From positions 32,001 to 96,000 of the forward strand of contig JASFQK010000018.1 in the NCBI GenBank assembly GCA_050115495.1: a DNA stretch of 64,000 bases, in the 5' to 3' direction. The translations under genes were made by a program, and so were the position numbers. This stretch comes from Phycisphaerae bacterium (lineage in GTDB: Bacteria > Planctomycetota > Phycisphaerae > UBA1845 > Fen-1342). This document shows positions 15,898 through 27,182 of the stretch, one piece after another (position 1 is the first letter of the stretch; every line of letters starts with the position of its first letter). The notes under the pieces were generated by a model that saw nothing but the letters and a program-made list of their open reading frames with translations, did no database searches and was not told the origin of the DNA.

Positions 15898-17721
15898 CTA
15901 CTGCGGCTGGCGGAACGGCTGGTGCTGCTCGTAGAGGGCGACGCGGGCCCGGTACTCCTCCGCGTTGGCGGTGGCGTTGCTCTTCACGGCCAGATCAAGC
16001 GCCTGCCGGGCACGGCTCAGGGCCTCGTCGAACCGACCCAGCTCGGCGAGGGCGGCTGCCAGCGTGTCCAGGTAGGCATGAGCCGCATACCGCGTCTGTT
16101 CACAGACCTTCGTGGCCAGCGCCAGGGCTTCCTCGCCGTTGCGCTGGGCGTCGTCCGGGGAGGTGGCCAGGGTCCAGGCCAGTCCGTTCTGAAGGGCGAG
16201 GGCCTCGGGGACGTGCTCCAACCCGCGGCGGAAGATGGCCTCGGCCGCATGCGTGTCGTGGCCATCCAGGGCGATCGAGGCCAGACCGAGATACGCCGCC
16301 ACGATGCGCGGGTTGATCTCGAGGATCTTCTCCCACTCGGCTTGGGCCGCGGGGATTTGGTCGTGGTCCTTGAGCATGATGGCGAGCGTGCTGCGGGCGG
16401 CGATGAGGTCGGGCCGCAGCTCGACAGCTCGGCGCAGGTGAGCGAGGGCATCGTCCGTGCGGCCGGCCGAGTTCAGCCGCATGGCCAGCAGGGCGTGCAG
16501 TGAGGTGTTGTCCGGGTCGGCGTCCACCGCGGCCTGGAGCAGGTCGATAACCTCCGCCGTGCGGTTCTGCATCTTGAGCAACAGCTCGTAGCGTTGCAGC
16601 GCGCCGACGTTGTCGGGGTGTTCGGCGAGGACGCTGCGGAAGAGCTGCTCGGCCTCCTCGTGCTGGCCGGCGTCGGTGAGCGTCTGGGCCAGGTTGGAGC
16701 GGGCGTTCACCGACGTGGGGTCGATCTCGAGGATACGGCGGAAGATCTTCTCGGCCTCGGGGAAGCGGCGCTGCATCGCCTGGATGTAGCCCATGGCATT
16801 GAGAACCTGGATGTCGTTCGGGTTGACCTCGGCGGCCTGGTTGATCAGTGATTCGGCCTGGACGAAATCGCCGCGCTGCGCCACGAGGACCGCGTCGTCA
16901 CAGAGCACGCCGGGAGCCAGGCCGCTGCGCATGACGGCTAAGCCGATCGGGTCGTCGATCGTGGGGGTGCCGCCGGCTTCGGCCCAGCGGGCGTAGTGCT
17001 GCGCGTCGGCCTCGTGGCCGGTGGCGCGGAGGATGCGGGCGACGCCTGCATTCGCGGCGGGGTAGTCCGGGCTCATGCTCAGGGCGATGCGGTATTCCCT
17101 GAGGGCCTCGTCCTGCCGCCCGCCGATCTCGGCCACGCGGCCCAGGCCGTAGTGGGCCCGGGGGTTGTCCGGCATGATCTTCAGGATGTCGTGGTAGAGC
17201 GTCGCAGCGCGAGCGGTATCGCGCTCGACGAGCAGATCGGCCAGGTGGAGCTGCGCCGGCACGTAGGCGCCCTCCAACGACACGGCGTGGTCGTAGGCGG
17301 CGATGGCCTGTTCCGTGCGGCCGGCCGCCTCTTCGGCGAGCCCGGTGCAATACCACCAGGGCATCTCCTGCGGCATGAGGCGGGCGGCTTCGGCGAAGCA
17401 GGCAGCGGCCGGCTCATAGAACTGCTGGGCGAAGTACATCGTGCCGAGGCGGCCCACCTTCAGCGCATCGTCGGGTGCGTGGCTGGCGTCCCAATGGGCC
17501 GAGGAGATCTTCATCTCCAGCGACATGGTCAGCTTCCTGGCCTGGTCGTCGGTGAGCTTCGGCGGGACGAAGCCGGTCGAGCCCTGGCCGGTGGCGGCGG
17601 CCTGCTGGGTCGTTGGCGTCTCGGTGGCCTTCCGGTCGCAGCCGGCCGGCAGAATGAACGCGGCGGCCAGGAGAAGGATCGCGCCGCATCGCCGACGGTC
17701 GAAGCATGGCACGCGTGACAT
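15898..17721 (-). CDS. Multi-TPR lipoprotein
   Basis: Lipobox LPAGC after a hydrophobic stretch; many TPRs; C-terminal NGLAWTLATSPD...RNGEEA...YLDTLAAALAELGRF motif. Confidence 0.85.
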   Translation of the reverse strand: MSRVPCFDRRRCGAILLLAAAFILPAGCDRKATETPTTQQAAATGQGSTGFVPPKLTDDQARKLTMSLEMKISSAHWDASHAPDDALKVGRLGTMYFAQQFYEPAAACFAEAARLMPQEMPWWYCTGLAEEAAGRTEQAIAAYDHAVSLEGAYVPAQLHLADLLVERDTARAATLYHDILKIMPDNPRAHYGLGRVAEIGGRQDEALREYRIALSMSPDYPAANAGVARILRATGHEADAQHYARWAEAGGTPTIDDPIGLAVMRSGLAPGVLCDDAVLVAQRGDFVQAESLINQAAEVNPNDIQVLNAMGYIQAMQRRFPEAEKIFRRILEIDPTSVNARSNLAQTLTDAGQHEEAEQLFRSVLAEHPDNVGALQRYELLLKMQNRTAEVIDLLQAAVDADPDNTSLHALLAMRLNSAGRTDDALAHLRRAVELRPDLIAARSTLAIMLKDHDQIPAAQAEWEKILEINPRIVAAYLGLASIALDGHDTHAAEAIFRRGLEHVPEALALQNGLAWTLATSPDDAQRNGEEALALATKVCEQTRYAAHAYLDTLAAALAELGRFDEALSRARQALDLAVKSNATANAEEYRARVALYEQHQPFRQPQ

Positions 17722-17824
17722 GGTCAACCCACCTTTCGCTGTCTGGTCGTATTGAGTCGTGCGGGACAGGGCCACGAGCATAGAGGATAACCGCCAGACC
17801 GGCTCTTGAAAAACCGGCGGACGA

Positions 17825-20302
17825 TCAGGCCAAGCCGGATCGCTTGCGGACGGCCCACTCGATAGCCAGCGTGATGATCAGGACGACGAGGAGCACTTCG
17901 GGTTCATCGGTCACCGTTCCGTAGTGCCGCCGCGTCCACACCTCGCGCCGGCTGTCCGCCTGCGTGAGACGTTCGAGCAGCTCCGGCAGCTCGTGCAGGG
18001 GAACGTACGCGCCGCCCTTGTCGCCGGTTTGCTCGGCGGCGGCGCGGAGGAGGTCGAGGTTGGCCGTCGGCGGGGTGAGCTCGAGTTGACGCTCGATGAC
18101 GGCAAAGGACGTTCGCGCCTCCAGCAGCGTATCGTCGGGGCGGGGCAGCCGGCCGGTCGTGCCGGGCTCGGTCAGCGTAGCGCGGAACTCCAGCACGTAC
18201 TCGCCGGCGGCGTCGAGGGCGAAGTCCCCCGCCGCAGCGGGCAGTTCGGCCGTGAGCTGATTGCCGTGTCGTTCCACACGTAGCGGCTGGCGGCGCTCGC
18301 CGGCCACGAGGACCAGCTCGGGACGTACGAGCTGTCGGCCGGCGGGGTGATCCGGGTCGAGTCCGCTGACGCCGGCGCGAATGCGAACGTGTTGCTGGCC
18401 GGCGCTGAGAGCGGCGAGCGAATAGCCGGCCTGGTCGGTGAGGACCCAGGCCCGCGGTCGGCGGTCGGCCAGCCACCAGATCAACTGCCGCCACATCCGC
18501 CGGTGCAGACGCGAGCCCTCGTCCGACGCCAGCGCCCAACCCCACGTACTCTCCCAGGCGGCGGCGAGGCAGCGCCCACGGCCCACCTGCTGAGCCACCA
18601 GCAACGGGTGGCGGGCGCCGTCGTCGGCGAGGATCTCGGCGGCCGGCTGTGGGTCCTTCAGCAGGGCGGCACCGCCCAACAGCGGGAGGTCACGCCACAT
18701 CGCGAGTTCGTCCGGCTGGGTCGCGGGGTTGGCGGCCGTGTCGAGGGCCGCGCCACGCAGCACCGGGTGCGCCAGGCCCGCAGTGGTCGGTACAAACGGC
18801 AGCGGTCCGGCCAGGCCGAAGTCATCCCGGACCAGCCGTGTCGGGCACACGTCGGCCAGCGGCGTCCGCCCGAAGCCGGCATCGTTGAAGAGCCGGCGTC
18901 CGCCGCAGAGCAGCAGGCCGACGCCGTCCTCGGTCACGGCGTGCCGCAACGCTTCGAGCGCATCGCCCGACAGCGTGGCCGGTACGCCGCCGAGCACCAC
19001 CACGTCGTAGCTCGCCCAGGACAGCTCGGGTGTGGCGGCCGAGCCGCCGCCGGGGCCGGCGTAGAGATAGCGGCTAGTGAGCTCGAGACGCGGTTCACCG
19101 GCGAGAAGGCGGGCGACGGTGGCGGCTTCCGGTCGTGGCGGCCCCTCGACCCACAGGACGCGGACGGATTCGTCCTGGACGTCGACGATCGTGGTTGTCT
19201 CGAAGACGGCGCCGCCGGAGCTGGCGGGTAGCGTGACGCGGGCAGTAAGGCGGTGCAGGCCGGCACTGGGCGGGCGGACGTCGAAGGCGGCGTCGATGTG
19301 CTGGATGTCGTGGTCGATGCGGGCGGTCCGCGTGCCGGCGACATCGGCGTCCCACAGCAGGTCGATCGTGATCGTGGCGGTCCGGCAGCCCTGCACGCGG
19401 GCGGCCACCGGCACTCGCAGCCGGTCGCGCAGGCCGAGCTGTCCGGGAACCGACAGACGCTTGAGCTCGACCAGCGGCGTCGAGCCGGGTGCCGGGCCGA
19501 CGCCCACCGCCCACAACGCCGTGCCGGCGTCGGCCAGATCGCGAGCGGCGCGGGGCAGGGCGTCTGCCGCACTGACGTTGTCCGCTCCGTCGCTGACCAG
19601 CAGGATGCCGGCGGGCGGGTCGCCGGCGGCGGAGCGAAGTGCACCGGCTTCGCGGACGGCGGCAGCGAGGGCGGTCGCCGGTTCCTTGGGCGAGATGAGC
19701 CAACGCGACAGGGACGTCACGCCGGCGCCGACGCCGAGGAGGCGGGTCTCGTAGCGTTCATCCAGGCGAGCCAGGGCGGCCTTGGCCTGGATGAACGCGA
19801 CGTTGGTCTGGGAGGCTCGCGGCGAACGGAGGGTGGCGCCGTCGGTGTCGCTGAGGCCCATCGACTCGGTCTGGTCGAGCAGGACGATGAGTAGCGGTTT
19901 CTGCCAGTGCCGCGTCATCCAGTCCCACGTCGGTCGGCCCAGCATGACCAGCAGCAGCAGGCAGGCGAGGCAGCGGAGCACGATCAGCACGCCGTGCGTG
20001 AGCCCGTGCAGCTCGGTGCCCTGCGGTCGGTAGACCACTACCGTCAGCCAGACGGCCGCGGCGGTCGCCAACACGCCGAGCAGGGCCAGGGCGGCGGACG
20101 TGCCCGAGCCGGCCAGCCAGGTTCCCAGGAGCAGCGCTCCGACTGCGGCGGCGACAGCCCACGCCAGTGGCACGCCCTGTGTTCGCCACCACGTGTGCGC
20201 TTCGCTCTGTGCGGGTGTGGCCCGGCGGTACGCAACGAGAGCGCAGGCCGCGGCGAGCACCACCACGAGCCAAGCCGGCTGCTGCCATGAGAAGGAGGCC
20301 AT
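17825..20302 (-). CDS. Membrane protein with vWA-like and GATase-like domains
   Basis: N-terminal TM helices; MIDAS-like DQTES and LVSDG; YDVVVLG...GVGLLLCGG...GRGR; C-terminal TM ending EWAVRKRSGLA. Confidence 0.8.
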   Translation of the reverse strand: MASFSWQQPAWLVVVLAAACALVAYRRATPAQSEAHTWWRTQGVPLAWAVAAAVGALLLGTWLAGSGTSAALALLGVLATAAAVWLTVVVYRPQGTELHGLTHGVLIVLRCLACLLLLVMLGRPTWDWMTRHWQKPLLIVLLDQTESMGLSDTDGATLRSPRASQTNVAFIQAKAALARLDERYETRLLGVGAGVTSLSRWLISPKEPATALAAAVREAGALRSAAGDPPAGILLVSDGADNVSAADALPRAARDLADAGTALWAVGVGPAPGSTPLVELKRLSVPGQLGLRDRLRVPVAARVQGCRTATITIDLLWDADVAGTRTARIDHDIQHIDAAFDVRPPSAGLHRLTARVTLPASSGGAVFETTTIVDVQDESVRVLWVEGPPRPEAATVARLLAGEPRLELTSRYLYAGPGGGSAATPELSWASYDVVVLGGVPATLSGDALEALRHAVTEDGVGLLLCGGRRLFNDAGFGRTPLADVCPTRLVRDDFGLAGPLPFVPTTAGLAHPVLRGAALDTAANPATQPDELAMWRDLPLLGGAALLKDPQPAAEILADDGARHPLLVAQQVGRGRCLAAAWESTWGWALASDEGSRLHRRMWRQLIWWLADRRPRAWVLTDQAGYSLAALSAGQQHVRIRAGVSGLDPDHPAGRQLVRPELVLVAGERRQPLRVERHGNQLTAELPAAAGDFALDAAGEYVLEFRATLTEPGTTGRLPRPDDTLLEARTSFAVIERQLELTPPTANLDLLRAAAEQTGDKGGAYVPLHELPELLERLTQADSRREVWTRRHYGTVTDEPEVLLVVLIITLAIEWAVRKRSGLA

Positions 20303-20389
20303 CACGATGCGGCACCCCGGGGTCACGGTTGCCGGCAGCGTAACGGACTTGGCCGGCACGGCAAGCGCGGGCGAAGGGCGTCCGGGGGG

Positions 20390-20480
20390 CGTTGAAAAAG
20401 GGGACAGGCACCGCGCCTCAGGCGTTGCCTGGTGTTCCGGGTTTCCTTGGGGACGCGGAGCCAGTCCCCTTTTTCAGCGG
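20390..20480. repeat. Palindromic MITE/REP-like element, copy A
   Basis: Terminal inverted arms CGTTGAAAAAGGGGACAGGCACC and GGAGCCAGTCCCCTTTTTCAGCG; second copy at 46693. Confidence 0.8.
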
Positions 20481-20484
20481 CGAG

Positions 20485-20958
20485 CTATGGGGCGACCAAG
20501 TCTGTGTCCTGGTTCTTCAGCGTCAGGACGGCACAGGGGGCGTGCTGCACGATGCGTTCGGCTGTGCTGCCGATGATGGCGTGTTCGAGGCCGGTGCGGC
20601 CGTGCGTCGTGACGACGATGAGGTCGATCTGCTTGTCGGTGGCGTACTTGCAGATTCCGGCCCACGGGTTGGCGAAGAAGGCGTCGACGACGATCTGCGG
20701 GTCGCCGGCGAACTGCTCATCCACCAGCCGCCGCAGGCTTTCCCGACAGGCGGTGAGCATGTCGGGCTCGGCGCCGGCGCCGGTGACATTGAGCGGCAGC
20801 GGCGTGGAGAAGTCGGGTGTCATCAGCGGGGCGATGACGTGGATGATGTGCAGGCGGGCCCCGAAGTGGCGACAGAGGCCAAAGGCGTGCCGCCCGCCTT
20901 TGAGGGCCAGGTCGGAGAAGTCGGTGGGCCAGAGCACGTTTTGCAGGCTGATGGTCAT
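20485..20958 (-). CDS. Universal stress protein (UspA family)
   Basis: VLWPTDFS, DLIVVTTHGRTG...IGSTAERIVQHAPCAVLT; GGAGG RBS. Confidence 0.93.
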   Translation of the reverse strand: MTISLQNVLWPTDFSDLALKGGRHAFGLCRHFGARLHIIHVIAPLMTPDFSTPLPLNVTGAGAEPDMLTACRESLRRLVDEQFAGDPQIVVDAFFANPWAGICKYATDKQIDLIVVTTHGRTGLEHAIIGSTAERIVQHAPCAVLTLKNQDTDLVAP

Positions 20959-21006
20959 CGTGCACCTCCCGTCGCCGGCAGGTCGCCTCGAAGCCACCCG
21001 CCGCGC

Positions 21007-21972
21007 TCAAGGATCGCGGACAATCCAGGTCCCGCTCTGCCCGGCCAGGGCCAGGGCCATGCGTTGCAGATCACAGATGATAACGCAGGGATCGTCGATG
21101 GTGGCGCCGTCGAGGAAGTCGATCGCCGCCTGTACCTTGGGGCCCATCGAGCCGGGGGCGAACTGCTTGTCGGCCATGTACCGGCGGGCCTCGGAGACGG
21201 TCATGCGTTCGAGCAACTGCTGGTTTGGTCTGCGGTAGTTGATGGCCACGCGGTCGACGTTTGTGACGATCAGCAGGGTCGTCGCGCCGATGGCCCGGGC
21301 CAGCAGGCCGGCGGTGCGGTCCTTGTCGATCACCGCTTCGACGCCGATGTACTGGCCGGCGGGTGTGCGCTGCACGGGAATGCCGCCGCCGCCCGCCACC
21401 ACCAGCAATTCGCCTTGCTGCGCCAGTCGGCGGATCAGGTCGATCTCGACGATGGCCTTGGGGATCGGCGAGGGGACCACCCGGCGGAACCCCTGTTGCG
21501 GAATCTCGACCATCTGCCAGCCGTGCTGTTGCTGGAGGGCTCGGGCCTCCGCGGCCTGGTAGAACGAACCGATCGGCTTGGTCGGGTTCTGGAACGCTGG
21601 GTCCGCGGCGTCCACCTCGACGCTGGTGACGATACCGGTCACGCCACGTTCGATGCCGCGCTTGTGCAGCTCGTTGCGCAGACATTGCGCGATCATGTAG
21701 CTCATGCCGCCCTGGGTGTGTGCGCCGCAGATCTCCAGGGGCAGGCGGTAGAGTTCCCTGGCGGCGAGCTCAACGCGGCGGAGAACGTTCCCGACCTGGG
21801 GGCCGTTCCCGTGCGTGACGACCAAGTGGCAGCCGGCCTCGATCAGGTCGGCCAGGTGCACGGCGGTCTGCCGCGTGTTGAGGAACTGCTGGGTGACGTT
21901 GCCTTCTTCGCCGGGACGCGAGATGGCGTTGCCGCCCAGTGCGACCACCATCGGACCCTTCGTGCGTAACAT
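21007..21972 (-). CDS. arcC: Carbamate kinase
   Basis: VVALGGNA, THGNGPQVG, PTKPIG, RRVVPSP, GGGGIPV, GVEAVIDKD, GSMGPKV. Confidence 0.95.
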   Translation of the reverse strand: MLRTKGPMVVALGGNAISRPGEEGNVTQQFLNTRQTAVHLADLIEAGCHLVVTHGNGPQVGNVLRRVELAARELYRLPLEICGAHTQGGMSYMIAQCLRNELHKRGIERGVTGIVTSVEVDAADPAFQNPTKPIGSFYQAAEARALQQQHGWQMVEIPQQGFRRVVPSPIPKAIVEIDLIRRLAQQGELLVVAGGGGIPVQRTPAGQYIGVEAVIDKDRTAGLLARAIGATTLLIVTNVDRVAINYRRPNQQLLERMTVSEARRYMADKQFAPGSMGPKVQAAIDFLDGATIDDPCVIICDLQRMALALAGQSGTWIVRDP

Positions 21973-22142
21973 AGACACCACAGAAGTATACGATTACGGA
22001 AGTCGGCTTCCCAATGTCATCCTTATCGGTCGCGCAGCCGACCGGGAGTCAGCCGGCGGGGAAGCGGGGCGGCCGGCGGCGGCGGGCTTTCCCGTCGCTG
22101 CGCCGGCCGCGCGGCCCGTTTCGCTGTCCGCCGCGACGCGGA

Positions 22143-23411
22143 CTACGTACCCTCGCCCGAGCTGCTCAGGTACTCCACCTGCTCGCGGGTCAGCCGGTCG
22201 ATGCGGGCGTTCATCGCCTGCAGCTTGAGCTTGGCGACGACTTCTTCGATCGACTCCGGCACATCGTGCACGGCCACTTCGAGCTTCCTGCCCTTCTTGT
22301 GGCACCACTCGGCGGCGAGCGCCTGCGTCGCGAAGCTCATGTCCATCACGCTGGCCGGGTGGCCGGTGGCGGCGCTGAGGTTGACCAGGCGGCCCTGGGC
22401 CAGCAGGTGAATGCTGCGGCGGGCGTTGATCTGGTACTCGTCGACGTTGGTGCGGATGTTCTTGATGACCTTCTTCGACATCTTGCGCAGGGCCGGGATG
22501 TCGATCTCGACGTCGAAGTGGCCGCTGTTGCAGACGATCGCGCCGTGGGGCATCTTGCGGAAGTGCTCGGCCCGCAGCACGTGCTTGTTGCCGGTGACGG
22601 TGATGAAGATCTCGCCGAAGGCGGCGGCCTCGCTCATGGGCCGCACGTCGAAGCCGTCCATGATCGCTTCGAGGGCCTTGAGCGGGTTGACCTCGGTGAC
22701 GGTCACGATGGCGCCGGCGCCGCGGGCCCGCATGGCCACGCCGCGTCCGCACCAGCCGTAGCCGGCGACGACCACGTGCTTGCCGGCGAGCAGCACGTCC
22801 GTCGCTCGCACGACGCCGTCCAGCGTACTCTGGCCCGTGCCGTAGCGGTTGTCGAACAGGTGTTTGGTGTCGGCGTCGTTGACGGCGATGACCGGGAACT
22901 TCAGGGCGCCGTTCTTGTCCATGGCCCGCAGGCGGATCACGCCGGTCGTCGTCTCTTCCATGCTGGCGATGATGTTGGCCGCATCCTTCTCACGCTTGGT
23001 GTGCAGCGTGTTCACCAGGTCGGCACCGTCGTCCATGGTGACCTGCGGCTTGTTGTCGATGACGGAGTTGAGGTGGTCGTAGAAGACCGGAACGCTCTCG
23101 CCGCGGCGGGCGAAGACCGAGATGCCGAAGTCCTTGACCATGCTGGCGGCGGTCTCGTCCTGCGTGCTGAGCGGGTTCGAGGCGCAAAGGGCGACGTCGG
23201 CTCCGCCGGCCTTGAGCGTGCGCATCAGGTTGGCCGTCTCGGACGTCACGTGCATGCAGCAGCCCATGCGCAGGCCGCGGAGCGGCTTCTGCTTTTCGAA
23301 GCGCTGCCGCACGAGGGCCAGCACGGGCATGTCGCGGTCTGCCCAGAGAATCCGCTTGCGGCCTTCGGTGGCCAGCCGGAGATCGGTCACGTCGTAACGT
23401 TTCTTCGCCAT
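22143..23411 (-). CDS. ahcY: Adenosylhomocysteinase
   Basis: [63 protein letters not shown]. Confidence 0.97.
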   Translation of the reverse strand: MAKKRYDVTDLRLATEGRKRILWADRDMPVLALVRQRFEKQKPLRGLRMGCCMHVTSETANLMRTLKAGGADVALCASNPLSTQDETAASMVKDFGISVFARRGESVPVFYDHLNSVIDNKPQVTMDDGADLVNTLHTKREKDAANIIASMEETTTGVIRLRAMDKNGALKFPVIAVNDADTKHLFDNRYGTGQSTLDGVVRATDVLLAGKHVVVAGYGWCGRGVAMRARGAGAIVTVTEVNPLKALEAIMDGFDVRPMSEAAAFGEIFITVTGNKHVLRAEHFRKMPHGAIVCNSGHFDVEIDIPALRKMSKKVIKNIRTNVDEYQINARRSIHLLAQGRLVNLSAATGHPASVMDMSFATQALAAEWCHKKGRKLEVAVHDVPESIEEVVAKLKLQAMNARIDRLTREQVEYLSSSGEGT

Positions 23412-23564
23412 CGATGCACACTCCATTCCGAACCGTGAAAGTCCTTGCCACGCCGGCCCGCCGCTGGCCGGCCGACCGGGGCGATCGCCTGACCGCACCA
23501 GAGAGAAGCCGTCCAAGCTAACCGGGATTCGCGATGACGACAACCGGCCGCGGCCGGCTTGCGC

Positions 23565-25115
23565 TCAGGCCTGCGCTGCCGGGGTCGGTCGACTGAGCGC
23601 GTCGACCACGGTCAGGAGGCGGGCGCGGTCGATGGGCTTGGTCACGTGATCGTCGCAGCCGGCGGCGAGGCATTTCTCGCGGTCGGCCGCCATGGCATGG
23701 GCCGTGAGGGCCACGATGGGGCAGGTGAACCCGCGGCGCCGCAACTCGGTCGCCGCTTCGTAGCCGTCCATGACCGGCATCTGCATGTCGAGCAGAATGA
23801 TGTCGAAGGGGCCGCCGTTGGTACCTTCGGCGGCGGAGACGGCGAGATCCAGGGCCTCCCTGCCGTTCTCGGCGACGACGACGTCCGCCCCGGCGCGTCG
23901 CAGCAGCAGGGCGATCAGCCGCTGGTTGTCCGGGCCATCCTCGGCCAGCAGGATGCGGCAATCGAGCGTGGGCAACGCGGGTGACGGTCGCGTGCTCGAC
24001 GCCGACGGGGCCGCGCTCAGTTCCTCTGGCGTACGCAAGAGCCGGACGCCTCGTAGCGGCCCGGTGGCCACGGTGACGTAGAAGGTGCTGCCGACGCCGG
24101 CCTGCGACTCGACGGTGAGTTCGCCGCCCAGCTTGCGAGCCAGTCGCCGGCTGATCGCGAGCCCGAGGCCGGTACCGCCGAACTTGCGGGTGGTGGAACG
24201 GTCGGCCTGCGTGAACGGCTCGAACAGGCGGGACAGCACGTCGGGAGCGATGCCGATGCCGGTATCGCGCACGCTGAAGTGGAGCCGTTCGCTGGCCGGC
24301 GATTCATCGACGAGCCCGAGCGTCAGGCACACGCTGCCGTCCTGCGTGAACTTGATGGCGTTGCCGAGGATGTTGACCAAGATCTGGCGCAGGCGGGTGG
24401 GATCGGTCTGGATCGTCTCGGGAATGGGGCCCGCGTACTCGACCTTGAAGGTGAGCGTCTTGTTCCGGGCACGGGCCCGCATGAGCGAATCCACCTCGGC
24501 CACCAGCGGCAGCAGCGGGCAGGCCATCCGCTCGATTTCGAGCCGCCCAGCTTCGATCTTCGACAGATCGAGAATGTCGTTGATCAGGCGGATGAGGTGC
24601 TGTCCGTTACGCTGGATCGTCTCGACCGCCTCGATGGAATCCGCCGCCGCTCCCGCCTTGCTCAACTGCTCAGCCAGCACATCGGTAAACCCCAGGATGG
24701 CGGTCATGGGCGTACGGATCTCGTGGCTCATGTTCGCCAGGAACTCGCTCTTGGTGCGACTGGCTTCCTTCGCGGCGTCGCGGGCCTCGGCGAGGTCGGC
24801 GGCTTGCTCTCGTAGTCGCTCTTCGGCGGCGGAGCGCAGCCGGTTCTCGCGGTTCGATTCCCGCCAGCGCCGGATCGAAAAGATGGCCAGGGCGATTGTG
24901 ACGACGGCGGTTGCCACCAGGAGTTCGTCGACCTCCCAATCCTCGTGCTCCTCAGCGAAGCGCAGGATGTGTTCGAAGGCGTCCAGCGCCGAACAGATGA
25001 GGACCGTGGCGATCGCGAGCACGGCGAGAACGGCAGTATCCCAGGCGACGGCCCGGTTGCGTCGTGAACGCGTCTGCTCGGCGCGCGCAGCGTCGGGGTG
25101 GTCGGCGGTTGCCAC
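23565..25115 (-). CDS. Membrane hybrid histidine kinase / receiver
   Basis: Two N-terminal [16 protein letters not shown]-box; GNAIKFT, DTGIG, GGTGLGL; receiver LLAEDG...[11 protein letters not shown]...KP. Confidence 0.93.
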   Translation of the reverse strand: MATADHPDAARAEQTRSRRNRAVAWDTAVLAVLAIATVLICSALDAFEHILRFAEEHEDWEVDELLVATAVVTIALAIFSIRRWRESNRENRLRSAAEERLREQAADLAEARDAAKEASRTKSEFLANMSHEIRTPMTAILGFTDVLAEQLSKAGAAADSIEAVETIQRNGQHLIRLINDILDLSKIEAGRLEIERMACPLLPLVAEVDSLMRARARNKTLTFKVEYAGPIPETIQTDPTRLRQILVNILGNAIKFTQDGSVCLTLGLVDESPASERLHFSVRDTGIGIAPDVLSRLFEPFTQADRSTTRKFGGTGLGLAISRRLARKLGGELTVESQAGVGSTFYVTVATGPLRGVRLLRTPEELSAAPSASSTRPSPALPTLDCRILLAEDGPDNQRLIALLLRRAGADVVVAENGREALDLAVSAAEGTNGGPFDIILLDMQMPVMDGYEAATELRRRGFTCPIVALTAHAMAADREKCLAAGCDDHVTKPIDRARLLTVVDALSRPTPAAQA

Positions 25116-25423
25116 GTCTGCCTATTCCTGTTCTCGCGGACCCACAAAGCGGGTTGTATAACATATCGTCACCATGAAGCCCGGTCTGAACTGTACGCCG
25201 GCGACAGCGGCGCGTGATCGCTGACGCTGCCGTTCTTCGGTGCGACGCGAGCGCCAAATCCGCGCGGGGTGAATCCACGTTCGAGACTCCGGAAAGCGGC
25301 TATCGTTGCCGGAGGAGCACGTGGAAAGTCATCGCCAACTCCGGGCGCGCGGTGTACGTGCCGTCTGTTCGAGCGCCGAGCGGCGGCGAGGCGTCGATCG
25401 TGCAACGCGTTTTCGTCGGAGGG

Positions 25424-25572
25424 ACCGCTCCCCGACGGTCGCAGCGCGGACGGATCGAGCATACGAGGCGTTTCCGGCATGCGACGTCCGACACGGAGGT
25501 CGGCCGCTACGGAAGGCGTCTGGCGCGGCGCCCGGACAGTACATGCCGGCGCCTTCGGCTTCAGCATGCCAC
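25424..25572 (-). repeat. Cluster of short palindromic REP-like elements
   Basis: On the minus strand: GTGG-CATGCTG...CCGGCATG (25542-25572), GTAG-CGGCCGACCTCCGTGTCGG (25485-25510), GCGACCGTCGGGGAGCGGT (25424-25442). Confidence 0.6.
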
Positions 25573-25653
25573 ACCCAACACGACGCCGGAGACCGGCTTC
25601 GCCCTTTGGGCTGACCGGTCTCCGGCGACGAGTTTGCGTTGGATGGCGGCGTG

Positions 25654-27066
25654 CTATTCGGCCGCGGCTGGCTGATGCGCCGGGGCTTTCGGGGCCCGCA
25701 ACAACAGCGCCAGAACGGCCGCCACGAGGCAGGCCACGCCGGCGATGATGAACGGCGTACGCCAGGCGGTTGCCGTGACCTCGGCCACCGTCTGAGCCAC
25801 AGGGGCCGCGTCCTTGAAGTAGCCGGCCACCTGGGGCCCGGCGATGCCGGCGATGCCGTAGGCCAGGAAGACCCACGGGTAGTTCGTGCCGACGTTCTTG
25901 TTGCCGAAGAAGTCGGCCGTCGCCGCCGGGAAGAGGGCGAAGTTGCCGCCGAAGTTGAAGCCGATGATGCAGGCGCCGACGATCAGTCCGATCTCCGAGG
26001 CGCCAACGTTGTAGAACACGAGCATCATGACGCCCTGGATGAGGCACATCAGGAATAGCGACGCCTTGCGTCCGATCTTGTCGGACACGGTGCCCCAGAC
26101 GATGCGTCCGAGACCGTTGAGGATGGCGTACCAGGCCATCGCCGTGCCCGCGATCGCGCCGGCGCTCTTGCGCACGTCCTCGAGCACATCGCCGGTAACC
26201 ACCTTGTTGGCGATCAGGCTGTCCACGCCGAACAATCGGATGCAGCCGATCACCATCAGGCCCGCCAGTGCCGAGCCCGTGAACATGACCAGCAGGCCCC
26301 AGTACTGGGGCGTGGCGAACAACTGTCCAGTCGTCAGATCGGCGACGGCCGCCAGCTTGGTACCACCAGCCTTGGCGGGTCCCGTCGGGTTCCAGCCGGC
26401 CGGCTTCCAGCCCGCGGGCGGGTTGACCATCACGCAACTGCCGAGCAGGATCAGGACGAGGAACGTGATGCCGTAGATGACGAAGACGGCCTGGACGCCC
26501 GGCAGGCCGAACAGTCCGTCGGCCTTCGCCAGCAGCCCGCCTTTCCAGAACCAGCTTCCGGCCAGTTTGACCCAGATCGTGGCGCCGAAGCCGAAGCCCG
26601 CGACGGCCAGGCCGGTGATCATGCCCTTCTTATCGGGGAACCACTTGACGCCCACGGCGATCGGCACGACGTAGGCCAGGCCGATGCCGGCGCCGCCGAT
26701 GATGCCGATGCAGATAAGCTGGCTGACGAAAGTCTTCCCGACGAAACCGCCGAGGATGTAGCCGACGCCGAGCACAAGGCCGCCGACGATGGCGACCACA
26801 CGCGGCCCCGATTTCGCCTGCCAGCGGCCGGCGACGAGCATGGCCAGAGCGAACGTTGCCAGGCCGGCCGAGAAGACCCACTGCGTCTGCGTGGCCGAGA
26901 AGCCGTAGCCGCCGTTCTCCGGACTCGCCTTCAGCGTCGTGGTGAACACGCTCCAGGCGTAGATCGCCCCAAGGCATAATTGGATGAGGATGGCCCCAAT
27001 GACCACGAGCCACCGGTTCATGACCGGAGAGGCTGCCGGCGTGGCCGCCGCGTCGTCGTTTGTCAC
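25654..27066 (-). CDS. MFS transporter, OFA (oxalate:formate antiporter) / L-lactate type
   Basis: QLCLGAIYAWSVF, KWFPDKKGMITGLAVAGFGFGA, NGLGRIVWGTVSDKIGR, FGGNFALFPA; about 12 TM. Confidence 0.9.
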   Translation of the reverse strand: MTNDDAAATPAASPVMNRWLVVIGAILIQLCLGAIYAWSVFTTTLKASPENGGYGFSATQTQWVFSAGLATFALAMLVAGRWQAKSGPRVVAIVGGLVLGVGYILGGFVGKTFVSQLICIGIIGGAGIGLAYVVPIAVGVKWFPDKKGMITGLAVAGFGFGATIWVKLAGSWFWKGGLLAKADGLFGLPGVQAVFVIYGITFLVLILLGSCVMVNPPAGWKPAGWNPTGPAKAGGTKLAAVADLTTGQLFATPQYWGLLVMFTGSALAGLMVIGCIRLFGVDSLIANKVVTGDVLEDVRKSAGAIAGTAMAWYAILNGLGRIVWGTVSDKIGRKASLFLMCLIQGVMMLVFYNVGASEIGLIVGACIIGFNFGGNFALFPAATADFFGNKNVGTNYPWVFLAYGIAGIAGPQVAGYFKDAAPVAQTVAEVTATAWRTPFIIAGVACLVAAVLALLLRAPKAPAHQPAAAE

Positions 27067-27182
27067 TTGTCTGTCTCCCGTTGAGGAATTGCGGATGGTT
27101 CCGCGCAGTCGGGGGTCGGTGGTGGGTCAGCCCGGACGTTCCGCGCCACGTCCGCGCCGCCCGGCCGGCTTGCGCCTGAGGT

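Noticed and set aside
23412..23564. SAH or SAM riboswitch upstream of ahcY
   Set aside because: I could not find the consensus elements by eye; an Rfam scan would be needed to exclude it fully
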